Positions 33,074 to 45,312 of a stretch of 64,000 bases of DNA are shown piece by piece (the stretch's first letter is position 1; the number at the start of each line of letters is the position of its first letter). The position numbers were made by a program, and so were the translations under genes. Source of the DNA: an uncultured Planctomycetota bacterium (lineage in GTDB: Bacteria; Planctomycetota; Planctomycetia; Isosphaerales; Isosphaeraceae); assembly GCA_963737655.1 (NCBI GenBank), contig CAVTTN010000002.1:6368001-6432000 (forward strand), read 5' to 3'. The notes below the pieces were generated by a model. That model did no database searches and was not told where the DNA came from. It saw only the letters and a program-made list of their open reading frames with translations.

Positions 33074-33140
33074 GTAGGTCCGACTTCAGTCGGGCCTACG
33101 AACACCAATCCTTCGTAGGCCCGACTGAAGTCGGACCTAC
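33074..33140. repeat. GTAG-type REP doublet (perfect 29-bp inverted repeat)
   Basis: GTAGGTCCGACTTCAGTCGGGCCTACGAA at 33074-33102 and its exact reverse complement at 33112-33140; each arm is itself a hairpin. Confidence 0.88.
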
Positions 33141-33185
33141 CGAGCTTCTTGACCCCAAGAGGAACAACATCAGAAACCTCACAAC

Positions 33186-33227
33186 GCCGACCGCCGACCG
33201 CCGAAAGCTGACCGCTGACCGCCGAAA
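33186..33227 (+). repeat. Heptamer tandem repeat (GCYGACC/GCCGAAA x6)
   Basis: gccgacc gccgacc gccgaaa gctgacc gctgacc gccgaaa, immediately before the SDR RBS. Confidence 0.85.
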
Positions 33228-33239
33228 GGGGACTCGACC

Positions 33240-34013
33240 TTGCCCGCGACGACCGACAAATCGCCCGTGGCCATCGTCACCGGGGCCTCCAGCGGGATCG
33301 GCCGGGCCCTGGCCGTCCGGCTCGGGGCGGAGGGCTATCGGGTCGGCCTGACCGCCCGCCGATCGGCTGAGATCGAGGCCGTCGCCCTCGAGATCGTCGC
33401 CAACGGGGGCCGGGCCGCCGCCCACCCGGCCGACGTCGGGGACCGCTCGTCGATCCGGTCGGCCGTCCGGGCGATCGAGGAGGAGCTCGGGCCGGCGGAC
33501 GTCCTGATCGCCAACGCGGGGTTCGGCGCCGCCACGACGCTCGACCCTTTGAACCTTCCTGAGGTCGAGGAGACGTTCCGGGTGAACCTGATGGGGGTGG
33601 TCCTCTCGATCGACGCCGTGTTGCCGGGCATGCTCGCCCGGGGGCGCGGCCATCTCGTGGCCGTGTCCAGCCTGGCGGCGTTCAAGGGCCTGCCGGGCGA
33701 GGCGGCGTACTGTGCGAGCAAGTCGGCCGTGAACGCCTGGATGGAGAGCCTCCGCATCTCCTTGAGGCCCCGGGGGATCGCCGTGACGACGATCTGCCCG
33801 GGATTCGTGAAGACGCCGATGATGACGATGGACTCGGCCGCCACCCCGTTCGTGATGACCGCCGAGGCCGCCGCCCGGAGGATCGCCCGGGTCGTCGCGA
33901 GGAGGCGCCCCGGGGTCGTCCGATTCCCCCGAAGGATGGCCTGGCTGATGGCCCTGATCGCCCGGATGCCCGATCCGGTCGTCCGCCTCCTCGTCCGCGA
34001 GCCCCCGCCATGA
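33240..34013 (+). CDS. SDR family NAD(P)-dependent oxidoreductase
   Basis: TGASSGIG, IANAG, VSS, YCASK, CPGFVKT; TTG start with GGGG upstream. Confidence 0.92.
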   Translation: MPATTDKSPVAIVTGASSGIGRALAVRLGAEGYRVGLTARRSAEIEAVALEIVANGGRAAAHPADVGDRSSIRSAVRAIEEELGPADVLIANAGFGAATTLDPLNLPEVEETFRVNLMGVVLSIDAVLPGMLARGRGHLVAVSSLAAFKGLPGEAAYCASKSAVNAWMESLRISLRPRGIAVTTICPGFVKTPMMTMDSAATPFVMTAEAAARRIARVVARRRPGVVRFPRRMAWLMALIARMPDPVVRLLVREPPP

Positions 34014-35137
34014 TCGACCTCGCCCTGAAGATGATGCTCGACGACCGCCCTCGGTTCGCCGTGACGGTCCTCGGCGTGGGGTTCGCCTCGGCGCTCGTCC
34101 TGATCCAGACCGGCCTGTTCTTCGGCCTTTTGGACAACGCGAGCATCACCATCGACCGCCTCGGCGCCGACCTCTGGGTGACCGCCCGGAACGCGCCGAA
34201 CGTCGATTTCGGCAACCCGTTCCCGGAAAATTACGTGCAGAGGGTCCGATCGGTCCCCGGGGTGGCGAGGGCCGACAACCTGATCGTCGGGTACGCGATG
34301 GTGGCCCTGCCGACCGGCGCGAAGGAGTCGGTGGTCTATTACGGCCTGGAGGACTTCGCCGCGTGGAGGTTCCCGTGGGACGTCGAGTCGGGCGACCCGA
34401 GGGATCTCCGCCGGGGCCGGTTCGCTCTCTTGGACGCCTCGGCCGAGAGGCGGTTCGGCGCGTTCTCGGCCGGCGATCACCGCGAGTTCTCGGGGAAGAG
34501 GCTGGAGATCCTCGGCCGGACCCGAGGGGCCGCGTCGTTCACCACGAGCCCGATCGCGTTCGTCGACTACCGGCTCGCCCAGGAGCTCTCGCCGGCCGAC
34601 CTGACCGGCCGGACCACGTTCATCCTCGTGAAGCTGGAACCGGGGGCGGACCCCCGGGCCGTCGCGGCCGAGATCCGCGAGCGCCTGCCGTTCAACGACG
34701 TCCACACCGGGCCCGAGTGGGCGGCGATCTCGCGGAACTACTGGATCGAGAGCACCGGGCTGGGCCTGACGATCGGCCTGACGGTGGCCCTCGGCGCCCT
34801 GGTCGGCGTGGTGATCGTGGCGCAGACGCTCTACGCCTCGACGATCGACCACCTCGCCGAGTTCGGCACGATCAAGGCCCTGGGCGGCCGGAACTCGGAC
34901 GTCCGCGGGATCATCGCCGAGCACGCCTCGTTCGCGGCGGCCCTGGGCTTCGGCCTCGGCCTGTCGCTGACGTTCGGGCTCCGGCCGATCCTGGAGGCCC
35001 TGGATCTCCGGATGCTCGTCTCGCCCAGCCTGGCCGCCCTGGTATTCGTCGGCACGGAGGCGCTGTGCCTGGGCGCCGCCCTGATGTCCTTCCGCAAGGT
35101 GGCCCGGCTCGACCCGGCGATCGTCTTCCGGGGGTAG
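34010..35137 (+). CDS. ABC transporter permease (FtsX/MacB-PCD, DevC-like)
   Basis: N-terminal TM, GADLWV periplasmic domain, EFGTIKALG, 3 C-terminal TMs, LDPAIVFR. Confidence 0.9.
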   Translation: MIDLALKMMLDDRPRFAVTVLGVGFASALVLIQTGLFFGLLDNASITIDRLGADLWVTARNAPNVDFGNPFPENYVQRVRSVPGVARADNLIVGYAMVALPTGAKESVVYYGLEDFAAWRFPWDVESGDPRDLRRGRFALLDASAERRFGAFSAGDHREFSGKRLEILGRTRGAASFTTSPIAFVDYRLAQELSPADLTGRTTFILVKLEPGADPRAVAAEIRERLPFNDVHTGPEWAAISRNYWIESTGLGLTIGLTVALGALVGVVIVAQTLYASTIDHLAEFGTIKALGGRNSDVRGIIAEHASFAAALGFGLGLSLTFGLRPILEALDLRMLVSPSLAALVFVGTEALCLGAALMSFRKVARLDPAIVFRG

Positions 35138-35201
35138 CGGCCCCTCGGGTAGATTGGACGCCTCGCGAGATGAGTTCGGCGATCAGGAGAACCCCCGGCC
35201 G

Positions 35202-36085
35202 ATGTCCTTCACGATGATCCTCGGCCGGGTGATCGTCCCCGGGATCGCCCTGGTCCTCGCCGCAGCTTTGGCCTGGAAGGCCGTCCGGCCCGAATCGTCG
35301 CGGGTCGCGCCCCGGCCGGGACGATCGCTCGCGAGGGCCGGGGCGATCGCGTGATCGCCGAGGGGCGCGTGGTGACCGCGCCCGGGGCCAGGGCCGTCGT
35401 GGGCACCGAAGTCCTCGGGACGGTCGCGAGGATGGCCGTCGGCGAGAAGGCCGTGGTCGTGAAGGGGGACGTCCTGGCCGAGCTCCGCTCCGACGAGGTC
35501 AAGGCCTCCCTGAAAGAGGCCCGGGCCCATCTCGCCGAGGCCGAGGCGGATTTGAGCCTCGCCGAGACCGAGAGCGTCCGTCTCGGGGGGATCGGCGCGG
35601 CCCTGAAGACGAAGGAGTCGCGGGACGCCGCGACCCGCCGCGATTTGGTCGCCTCGCAATCGCGGAAGGATGCGGCCCGGGCGGGCGTCGAGAGGCTCGA
35701 AGCCGAGGCCGCGAAGTACCGGATCGTCGCGCCGATCGACGGGGTGGTCATCGCCCGCCACGTCGGCCTCGGGGAGACGGTCGCCCCCGCCTCGCCGATC
35801 GTGACCATCGCCGACCTCTCCCGCCTCCGGGTCGAGGCCGAGGTGGACGAGTTCGACATCGCGAGGATCGCCGTCGGCAACAAGGCCACGATCACCGCCG
35901 AGTCCCATCCCGGCAAGCGATGGGACGGCGAGGTCGAGGAGGTCGCCGACACGATCGGCCCCCGCCAGTCCCGCCCCGAAGACCCCTCAAGGCCGACCGA
36001 TGCGCAGGTCCTGCCCGTCCGCATCCGGCTCCTCGGACCCTCGCCGCTGAAGCTGGGCCAGAGGGTCCGGGTGGAGTTCCGTTAG
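35202..36085 (+). CDS. Efflux periplasmic adaptor (HlyD/DevB-like MFP), frameshifted near the C-run 35310-35313
   Basis: AGGAG RBS; N-terminal anchor MSFTMILGRVIVPGIALVLAAALAW in one frame; VIAEGRV...V.KGDVLAEL...IVAPIDGVV...VDEFDI...LGQRV in the other. Confidence 0.85.
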
Positions 36086-36139
36086 AGGGGCACGAGGGGC
36101 ATCGTATCAGCGACAAATGAGAAAAAGTGTTGGAATTAA

Positions 36140-37648
36140 TCAATCGAGCTGCATGTCCACGACCTGGCGCAACGCCCGGACCAGCGGCCCCGGGTCCGGG
36201 CCCGATCCGGTGACCTTTCGGATCAGGTCGGCGGCCCGGTAGCGCTTCCCGTGGCGGTGGACGTTCCGGCGGAGCCATCCCAGGAGCCCGGAGAAGTCTC
36301 CGCGGGCGAACTCGGCGTCGAGGTCCCCGAGTTCGGCCTTCGCCTTCGCGAACAGTTGGGCGGCGTAGACGTTCCCGAGGGTGTAGGTCGGGAAGTATCC
36401 GAACAGGCCGGCGCTCCAGTGGATGTCCTGGAGGCACCCCTCGGCGTCGTTCTCGGGCGAGACGCCCAGGTCGCGGCGATACGCCTCATTCCAGGCCCCG
36501 GGCACGTCGTCGGCGGTCAGGTTCCCGGCGATCAGGTCGCGTTCGAGGCCGAATCGGATCAGGATGTGAAGGTTGTACGTGACCTCGTCCGCCTGGATGC
36601 GGATCAGGGACGGTTCGACGGCGTGGATCGCCTTCAGGAACGCCTCGGGCGAGACGCTCCGGAGCGGCTCCCGGAAGATCTGCCGGGCCATCGGCAGGAA
36701 GTGCGACCAGAACGCGGCCCCCCGCCCCACGGCGTTCTCCCACATCCGCGATTGCGACTCGTGGAGCCCGAGCGAGACCGCCTCGCCCATCGGTGTGCCG
36801 AACTTCGCCGGGTCGAGCCCCTGTTCGTACAGGGCGTGGCCGGCCTCGTGGAGGATGCTGAAGAGGCTCTCGGTGAAGTCCGACGGGTCGAACCTCGTGG
36901 TGATCCGGCAGTCCCCGGGGCCGATCCCCGAGCAGAACGGGTGGGCCGTGGTGTCCAGCCGACCCCGGGCGAAGTCGAATCCCACCGCCGCCGCCACCGT
37001 CTCGCCGAAGATCCTCTGGCGGTCGATCGGATAGTCTCCCCGGAGGAGCGACGGGTCGGGCCGGCCCCCGGACTCGACGATCGAGGCCACCAGCGGGACG
37101 AGCTCGGCGCGGAGGCCCTCGAACAGCGAGGAAAGGTCCCGTTCGGTCGCGCCCGGCTCGTAGTCGTCGAGGAGGGCGTCGTAGGCCGACGTCTCGAAGC
37201 CGACGCACTGGGCCTCCTGCCGCTTCAGGCCGAGGATCGTTTCGAGCCAGGGGCGGAACCGGGCGAAGTCGCTGGCCCTCCTCGCCAGGACCCATTCCCC
37301 CTGGGCCACGGAGGTCGTCCGGGCGAGCTCCTCGACGAGCGATCGGGGCAGGCAGGTCTGCCGGGTGAAGGCGCGGCGGATCTCCCGGACGTTCGCGGCC
37401 TCGGGCGAGTCGGGGTCGGCCACGAGCGAGGAGGCCTCCACCTCCCCGAGCAGATCGCCGATCCTCGGGTCGGTCGCCCGGTCGTGGACGAGCCCGGCGA
37501 GCAGGGCGACCTGCTCCCCGCGATACTCGGCCCCTCCGGGGGGCATCAGGGTCTGCTCGTCCCAGCCCAGCAGGGAGGCACACGAGCCGAGGACGGCCTG
37601 TTCGCGGCCCCGGCGGAGGAGGTCTTCATAGGCGGCTTGCGGGTCCAT
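36140..37648 (-). CDS. Carboxypeptidase M32
   Basis: LLGWDEQT, YDALLDDYEPG, HPF, HEAGH, HESQ, IRIQADE, QDIHW, GYFPTY. Confidence 0.94.
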   Translation of the reverse strand: MDPQAAYEDLLRRGREQAVLGSCASLLGWDEQTLMPPGGAEYRGEQVALLAGLVHDRATDPRIGDLLGEVEASSLVADPDSPEAANVREIRRAFTRQTCLPRSLVEELARTTSVAQGEWVLARRASDFARFRPWLETILGLKRQEAQCVGFETSAYDALLDDYEPGATERDLSSLFEGLRAELVPLVASIVESGGRPDPSLLRGDYPIDRQRIFGETVAAAVGFDFARGRLDTTAHPFCSGIGPGDCRITTRFDPSDFTESLFSILHEAGHALYEQGLDPAKFGTPMGEAVSLGLHESQSRMWENAVGRGAAFWSHFLPMARQIFREPLRSVSPEAFLKAIHAVEPSLIRIQADEVTYNLHILIRFGLERDLIAGNLTADDVPGAWNEAYRRDLGVSPENDAEGCLQDIHWSAGLFGYFPTYTLGNVYAAQLFAKAKAELGDLDAEFARGDFSGLLGWLRRNVHRHGKRYRAADLIRKVTGSGPDPGPLVRALRQVVDMQLD

Positions 37649-37877
37649 CGGCGAGGGGCTCCACCCTGGTGAGGACGGGACGGCCCGATTCTAGCGAAGA
37701 CGACCCCGGTCCGTCAGGCTCCGGCGGCCGAGAGGCCGATCTCGGACCGTTGCGACACGGAAGCCTCCGGGCTATGCTGAGGGCCTCTCCGAAACCCGGG
37801 CCGGCGCCTCCTCTCCCCGGCGACGGCCCCGGGTCGAGTCGCTCACTTGACGCCCGCATCTCCCGAGGAATCCATCT

Positions 37878-40664
<2,787 letters not shown>

Positions 40665-40681
40665 GGCGAGGAAGCCGCCGA

Positions 40682-40720
40682 CCGTCCCTCTCCCCCGATT
40701 GACCCGGGGGAGAGGGACGG
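40682..40720. terminator. Perfect 16-bp hairpin (CCCTCTCCC-type palindrome) between convergent genes
   Basis: CCGTCCCTCTCCCCCG-attgacc-CGGGGGAGAGGGACGG. Confidence 0.7.
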
Positions 40721-40724
40721 GGCG

Positions 40725-41627
40725 TCAGCCTCCGGCGCCGGGGATTCCGTAGCGGTTGCGGAGGTCCATCAGGAGGGCCGTCATGTCCTCGGGGACCGGC
40801 GCCTCGGCCCGGACGGGCTCGCCGGTGACCGGGTGGCGGAAGCCGAGCGTCTGGGCATGCAGCGCCTGGCGATGGAAGCTCGCCTTGCACCGGGGCTGCT
40901 CCCTCGGCCGATAGACCCGCTCGCCCACCACGGGATGCCCCATCTCGGCCATGTGGATGCGAATTTGATGGGTCCGGCCGGTTTCGAGCCAGAGGGCCAG
41001 CAACGAGGCGACCGGCCCGAACCGCTCGACCACGCGAAAGTGGGTCACGGCCCGCCGCCCCTCGCCCGGCTCGCGAGCCACCCCTCGACGGAGGTCCCCG
41101 CGATCGGTCACCAGCGCCAGGTCGATCGTCCCGGTCTCGCGGCGGACCGCCCCTTCCACCACGGCGAGATATTGCCGCTCGATGTCGTGAGTCTTGAAGA
41201 GCGCTTGAAGTGATCGGCCGACCGCCGGGGACCGCGCCAGGGCCAGGGCCCCGGACGTGTCCTTGTCCAGCCGATGGACGATCCCGACGTAGGGCCTCGT
41301 CCCGTACCGCAACGCGAGATAGCGGCCGGCGCGGTCCAGAAGCGTGTCGCGCTCGTCTTCCAGGGTGGGCAGGGTGAGCAAGCCGGCCGGCTTATCGACG
41401 ATCATCAAGGACCGGTCTTCATAAAGGACGCGCAAACGTCCCTGGACCTTGCGGGCCTTGGGCCGGTTGGGGAAGAACGCGACGGCGGCGTCGGGCTCGA
41501 CCTCCTTGCCGGGCTCGTCGCAGCGTTGGCCGTCCAGGTCGATCCGGCCATTGCGGATCGCGTCCTGGGCCGCTCGTCGAGAGAGGCCGAAGCGTTCGGC
41601 GGCGAGCTTGTCGATGCGGATCGGCAT
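40725..41627 (-). CDS. RluA family pseudouridine synthase with S4 domain (RluD-like)
   Basis: RIDK..SRRAAQ S4 domain; VDKPAGL; HRLDKDTSG; LETGRTHQIRIH; ALHA. Confidence 0.93.
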   Translation of the reverse strand: MPIRIDKLAAERFGLSRRAAQDAIRNGRIDLDGQRCDEPGKEVEPDAAVAFFPNRPKARKVQGRLRVLYEDRSLMIVDKPAGLLTLPTLEDERDTLLDRAGRYLALRYGTRPYVGIVHRLDKDTSGALALARSPAVGRSLQALFKTHDIERQYLAVVEGAVRRETGTIDLALVTDRGDLRRGVAREPGEGRRAVTHFRVVERFGPVASLLALWLETGRTHQIRIHMAEMGHPVVGERVYRPREQPRCKASFHRQALHAQTLGFRHPVTGEPVRAEAPVPEDMTALLMDLRNRYGIPGAGG

Positions 41628-41661
41628 GAGATCGGAGAAGACCGAGAGGCGGGGAAAGATG

Positions 41662-41790
41662 GGCGGTCGTCCAGTCCATGATGGCCGCCCACCCCGCCAA
41701 TCCTCAAGACCCGAAAACGGGTCAAGGGGAGCGGTCGGTTTCCCTGGGATGAGACCGAGCCACCATAACGGGGTGCCCTCCATGACCGCC
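41662..41790 (-). ncRNA. Candidate structured RNA or leader of unknown family
   Basis: TACAAT (-) at 41795-41800 directly upstream; four nested helices visible (see findings). Family not recognised and strand not certain. Confidence 0.4.
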
Positions 41791-41968
41791 GCCCATTGTA
41801 CAAGCCCCGAGGCCGATGGGAAGAGCCCAGGAGGGGCATTGGAGTGTGTCGATCGCAATCCTGGAATCCGGGGTGGTTAGCGTCGAGCCGTGATCCGGCG
41901 CCGGGTCACGCCTCGGCCCCAGCCAACCAGGCCATCGCGCCAGGGTGCCGAAAGCAAGAGCGATGCCG

Positions 41969-43378
41969 TCACTTCTTCCGAATCTTGCAGATTGTATCAA
42001 TGAGATAATCATCCGAATACTTCATTCCGCCGAAATGATCGTTCTCCGGCGCGGGCGTCTGGGCCTTCACCCTGTTCCACTCCCCGGGGGCGTGCTTCTC
42101 GGCAAGTCGGATCAGCGAGGGGAGGGCGGCTTCGGCCACCGGGCCGATCTTGCCGAGGGCGATCGCGACGTGTTGGTGGGTCGAGAGTAGCCGGTCGGGC
42201 TTATCCTCGCGGTCCAGCAGCTTGATGAGGTTGGGGACGGCCGTCTTCGCCTCCGGCCCCTTGTCTCCGAGGCAATCCACGGCGAAATCCACGCAACCGG
42301 GCTTTCCTTCACGAAGGAGCTCCAGCAAGGGCGGCACCGCGGCCCTGGCCGAGACCTCGTGCATGGCCTGCCAGGGGCCGAGGGTCCTTTTATCCCCGAA
42401 TCGCCGCACGACCTCGCAAAGGACGGGCGCCGCGTCATCCCCCAGGACGGCGGGGAGGTTCGTGATCGCGTAGAAGCTCGGTTTGGGTTCGCGGAGGGCG
42501 GCCCTTCGCATCGCGTCGCCTCCCCGGCGATCCCCCAGCGCCGCCAGGGCGACGGCGACATGGAGCCGGGCCAGGTCGGGCGTCGCCTCGTCGGAGAACA
42601 GCCGGACGAGGTCCGCCTTCGCCCGATCGAGCTTCAGCTCGGCCGCCAGGTCGGTGGCTTCCACCAGGGCCCCGGGATTCGATTCGGCGAGCGCCGCGAG
42701 GACGACCTCCGGCGACCCCTCTCGGACCTTGCCGCTGTCCAGGTCCACGATGCGGAAAAGCCGGGGGATTCGCTGGTCGTTCTGGCCGGAGCCCTCGCCG
42801 ACCACGACGACTTCCTTGCGACGTTCGTCGATCCACCCGCCTCCGCACCACCAGACCCCTCCGGCGCTACGCGAGAACCGGTCGACTTCGCTTTTTTGGA
42901 ACAGGTCGATGAGGTCCTTGCGATGGCGGACGGTCCCGTCCCGCGCGACCACGACGACGGCATCGCCGCTCCTCAGGCTCCCGTAGTTGTAGCCCCGGAC
43001 GTCCAGGCCGACGAATCCCTGACCGGTGGACGAGATCAGGAGTTCGCTCGGGCAACGATCGAGGTTCCCCTTGCCGAGCCGGATGACCCCCTCGCGGACC
43101 TTCACCTCGGGGTTGGTGACGATCGTCCGGAAATCCTTGAGCTCATCGTGGGCCGGGGCCACCGGCGGGCTCCCCGGGCGCCTCTCGGCGATCTCGAAGG
43201 TCACGGGCGTGCCCCGGCCCGGGTCCCCCTCTCCCCCGTTCTGCTTCACGACGAGGTAGTAGCGGCCGGTGGCGTCGGCGACCCGGAAGTTCGTGAAGGG
43301 GGCGTAGGAGTCGGCCCCGGCCGTCGAGGCCGAGGCGACCAGGACCACGGCGAGCAGGCTCGGCGACGATCTCGGCAT
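41969..43378 (-). CDS. Secreted HEAT-repeat-containing hypothetical protein
   Basis: Signal peptide; C-terminal repeats LGDKGPEAKTAVPNLIKLL / LGKIGPVAEAALPSLIRL. Confidence 0.8.
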   Translation of the reverse strand: MPRSSPSLLAVVLVASASTAGADSYAPFTNFRVADATGRYYLVVKQNGGEGDPGRGTPVTFEIAERRPGSPPVAPAHDELKDFRTIVTNPEVKVREGVIRLGKGNLDRCPSELLISSTGQGFVGLDVRGYNYGSLRSGDAVVVVARDGTVRHRKDLIDLFQKSEVDRFSRSAGGVWWCGGGWIDERRKEVVVVGEGSGQNDQRIPRLFRIVDLDSGKVREGSPEVVLAALAESNPGALVEATDLAAELKLDRAKADLVRLFSDEATPDLARLHVAVALAALGDRRGGDAMRRAALREPKPSFYAITNLPAVLGDDAAPVLCEVVRRFGDKRTLGPWQAMHEVSARAAVPPLLELLREGKPGCVDFAVDCLGDKGPEAKTAVPNLIKLLDREDKPDRLLSTHQHVAIALGKIGPVAEAALPSLIRLAEKHAPGEWNRVKAQTPAPENDHFGGMKYSDDYLIDTICKIRKK

Positions 43379-43487
43379 GGGGCCTCCTTGACCGATTCGT
43401 GACGGCGGATCGAGGGATTCGTCGGGGGCTGGCGAGCCCGGCCGGGGTCGTCGTCGATGTCGGGCCGGTTTTTTCGAGGTCCCGGAC

Positions 43488-43569
43488 TGCGAGAGGAGGG
43501 ACTCGAACCCTCACGCCTTTCGGCACAGGAACCTAAATCCTGCGCGTCTGCCAGTTCCGCCACTCTCGC
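43488..43569 (-). tRNA. tRNA-Leu (anticodon TAG), CCA not encoded
   Basis: GCGAGAG acceptor stem, D-arm GGCGGAACTGGCAGACGC, anticodon arm CAGGA-TTTAGGT-TCCTG, long variable arm, GTTCGAGTC T-loop; 82 nt. Confidence 0.96.
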
Positions 43570-43620
43570 CCGAGGGGTATCCTAGCAGACTCGAACCGGG
43601 CCCCCAAGGTTCATCCCCCG

Positions 43621-45312
43621 ATGCATCGTCGCGGATTTCTGGAAGGCTGCGGCCTGGGATTGGCGGGGATGCTCGCCGCCCGGGATGGCGTTCCTCGGGC
43701 CGAGGCCCGGGGCTCGAGACCTCGCGAGATTGCGGCCGATCTGGCGATCGTTGGCGGGGGGCTGGGCGGGTGCTCGGCCGCCCTGGCCGCGTTGCGGATG
43801 GGTCGGACCGTCGTCTTGACCGAGCCGACCGACTGGCTCGGCGGCCAGCTCACCAGCCAGGCCGTCCCTCCCGACGAACACCCCTGGATCGAGTCCTTCG
43901 GCGCGAATGGCTCGTATCGGGCGCTTCGCAAGGCGATTCGCGACTATTACCGCCGGAATTATCCGCTGACCGACCCGGCCCGGGCCCGAGTCGACCTGAA
44001 CCCGGGCAACGGCGGGGTCTCCCGACTCTGCCATGAGCCGAGGGTCGCCCTGGCCGTCTTGACGGACCTGCTCGCCCCCTTCGCCAGCGGAGGAAAACTG
44101 ACCGTCCTCCTCGAACACAGGCCGACCCGCGCCGAGGTCCAGGGGGACCGTGTCCGATCGGTGACGGTCCGCGACCTCAAGACCGGCGATGACCGCGTCT
44201 TGACCGCCCCGTATTTCCTCGATGCGACCGAACAGGGCGACCTCTTGCCGATGGCGGGCGTGGAGTTCGTGGTCGGCTCGGAGTCGAGGACCGAGACCGG
44301 CGAGCCCCACGCTCCGGATCGGGCCGACCCGGCGAACATCCAGTCGTTCACGTCCTGCTTCGCGATGGATTACCTCGCCGGGGAAGACCACACGATCGAC
44401 CGTCCGGCCGAATACGGATTTTGGCGCGATTATGTGCCGAAACTCTCGCCGCCCTGGCCCGGACCTCTGTTCGGGCCGAGCACCAACCCGAGCGATCTCA
44501 AGCTCCGCCCGTTCGAGTTCGACCCGACCGGCGACGGCAAGGGGTTCTGGGTCTATCGCCGGATCGCCGACCCGAGGAATTTTCGCGAGGGGACCTATCG
44601 AGGCGGGATCACCCTGGTGAACTGGCCTCAGAACGATTACTGGCTCGGCCCGTTGATCGGGGTTTCGGACGACGAGGCCGCGAAGCACGAGGCGAAGGCG
44701 AAGGGGCTGAGCCTCTCGCTCCTCCACTGGCTCCAGACCGAGGCCCCCCGGCCCGACGGCGGAACGGGATGGAAGGGGCTCCGGCTGCGACCCGATCTCG
44801 TGGGGACGACCGACGGGCTGGCGAAGGCCGTATACATTCGGGAATCGCGGCGAATCCGGGCCGAATTCACGGCGACGGAGCTTCACGTCGGCCTCGAAGC
44901 GAGGAAAAAGGCGCTGGGCCGACAGGACGTCGAGGCCGAGCGCTTCGAGGACTCGGTGGGCGTGGGATCGTACCGAATCGACCTCCACCCGAGCACCGGC
45001 GGCGACAACTACATCGACATCCCCTCGTTGCGATTCCAGGTGCCGCTGGGTGCGTTGATCCCGAAGCGCGTCGAGAACCTCCTGCCGGCGTGCAAGAACC
45101 TCGGCGTAACCCACGTGACCAACGGCTGTTACCGGCTCCACCCGGTCGAATGGGCGATCGGCGAGGCGGCCGGGTCGCTCTCGGCGTTCTGCCTGGAAAC
45201 GAAGGCGACGCCCCGAGGAGTCCGCAACACGCCCGCCTCGCTCGCGACGTTCCGCAAGAGGCTGCTGGAGCAGGGCGTGGAGGTCGAATGGCCGAAAGGC
45301 CCGGCCCGATAA
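43621..45312 (+). CDS. FAD-dependent oxidoreductase (FAD_oxidored-type), Tat-exported
   Basis: MHRRGFL; IVGGGLGG; GGQLT; DATEQGD; YIRESRR; FQVPLGALIP. Confidence 0.9.
   Translation: MHRRGFLEGCGLGLAGMLAARDGVPRAEARGSRPREIAADLAIVGGGLGGCSAALAALRMGRTVVLTEPTDWLGGQLTSQAVPPDEHPWIESFGANGSYRALRKAIRDYYRRNYPLTDPARARVDLNPGNGGVSRLCHEPRVALAVLTDLLAPFASGGKLTVLLEHRPTRAEVQGDRVRSVTVRDLKTGDDRVLTAPYFLDATEQGDLLPMAGVEFVVGSESRTETGEPHAPDRADPANIQSFTSCFAMDYLAGEDHTIDRPAEYGFWRDYVPKLSPPWPGPLFGPSTNPSDLKLRPFEFDPTGDGKGFWVYRRIADPRNFREGTYRGGITLVNWPQNDYWLGPLIGVSDDEAAKHEAKAKGLSLSLLHWLQTEAPRPDGGTGWKGLRLRPDLVGTTDGLAKAVYIRESRRIRAEFTATELHVGLEARKKALGRQDVEAERFEDSVGVGSYRIDLHPSTGGDNYIDIPSLRFQVPLGALIPKRVENLLPACKNLGVTHVTNGCYRLHPVEWAIGEAAGSLSAFCLETKATPRGVRNTPASLATFRKRLLEQGVEVEWPKGPAR

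Noticed and set aside
41662..41790. Assigning the structured region to 6S, SRP, 5S or a known riboswitch
   Set aside because: Could not find the diagnostic consensus of any of these by eye; left unnamed.
43488..43569. tRNA-Leu as a genomic island attachment site
   Set aside because: No integrase and no duplicated tRNA 3' end seen in the window.
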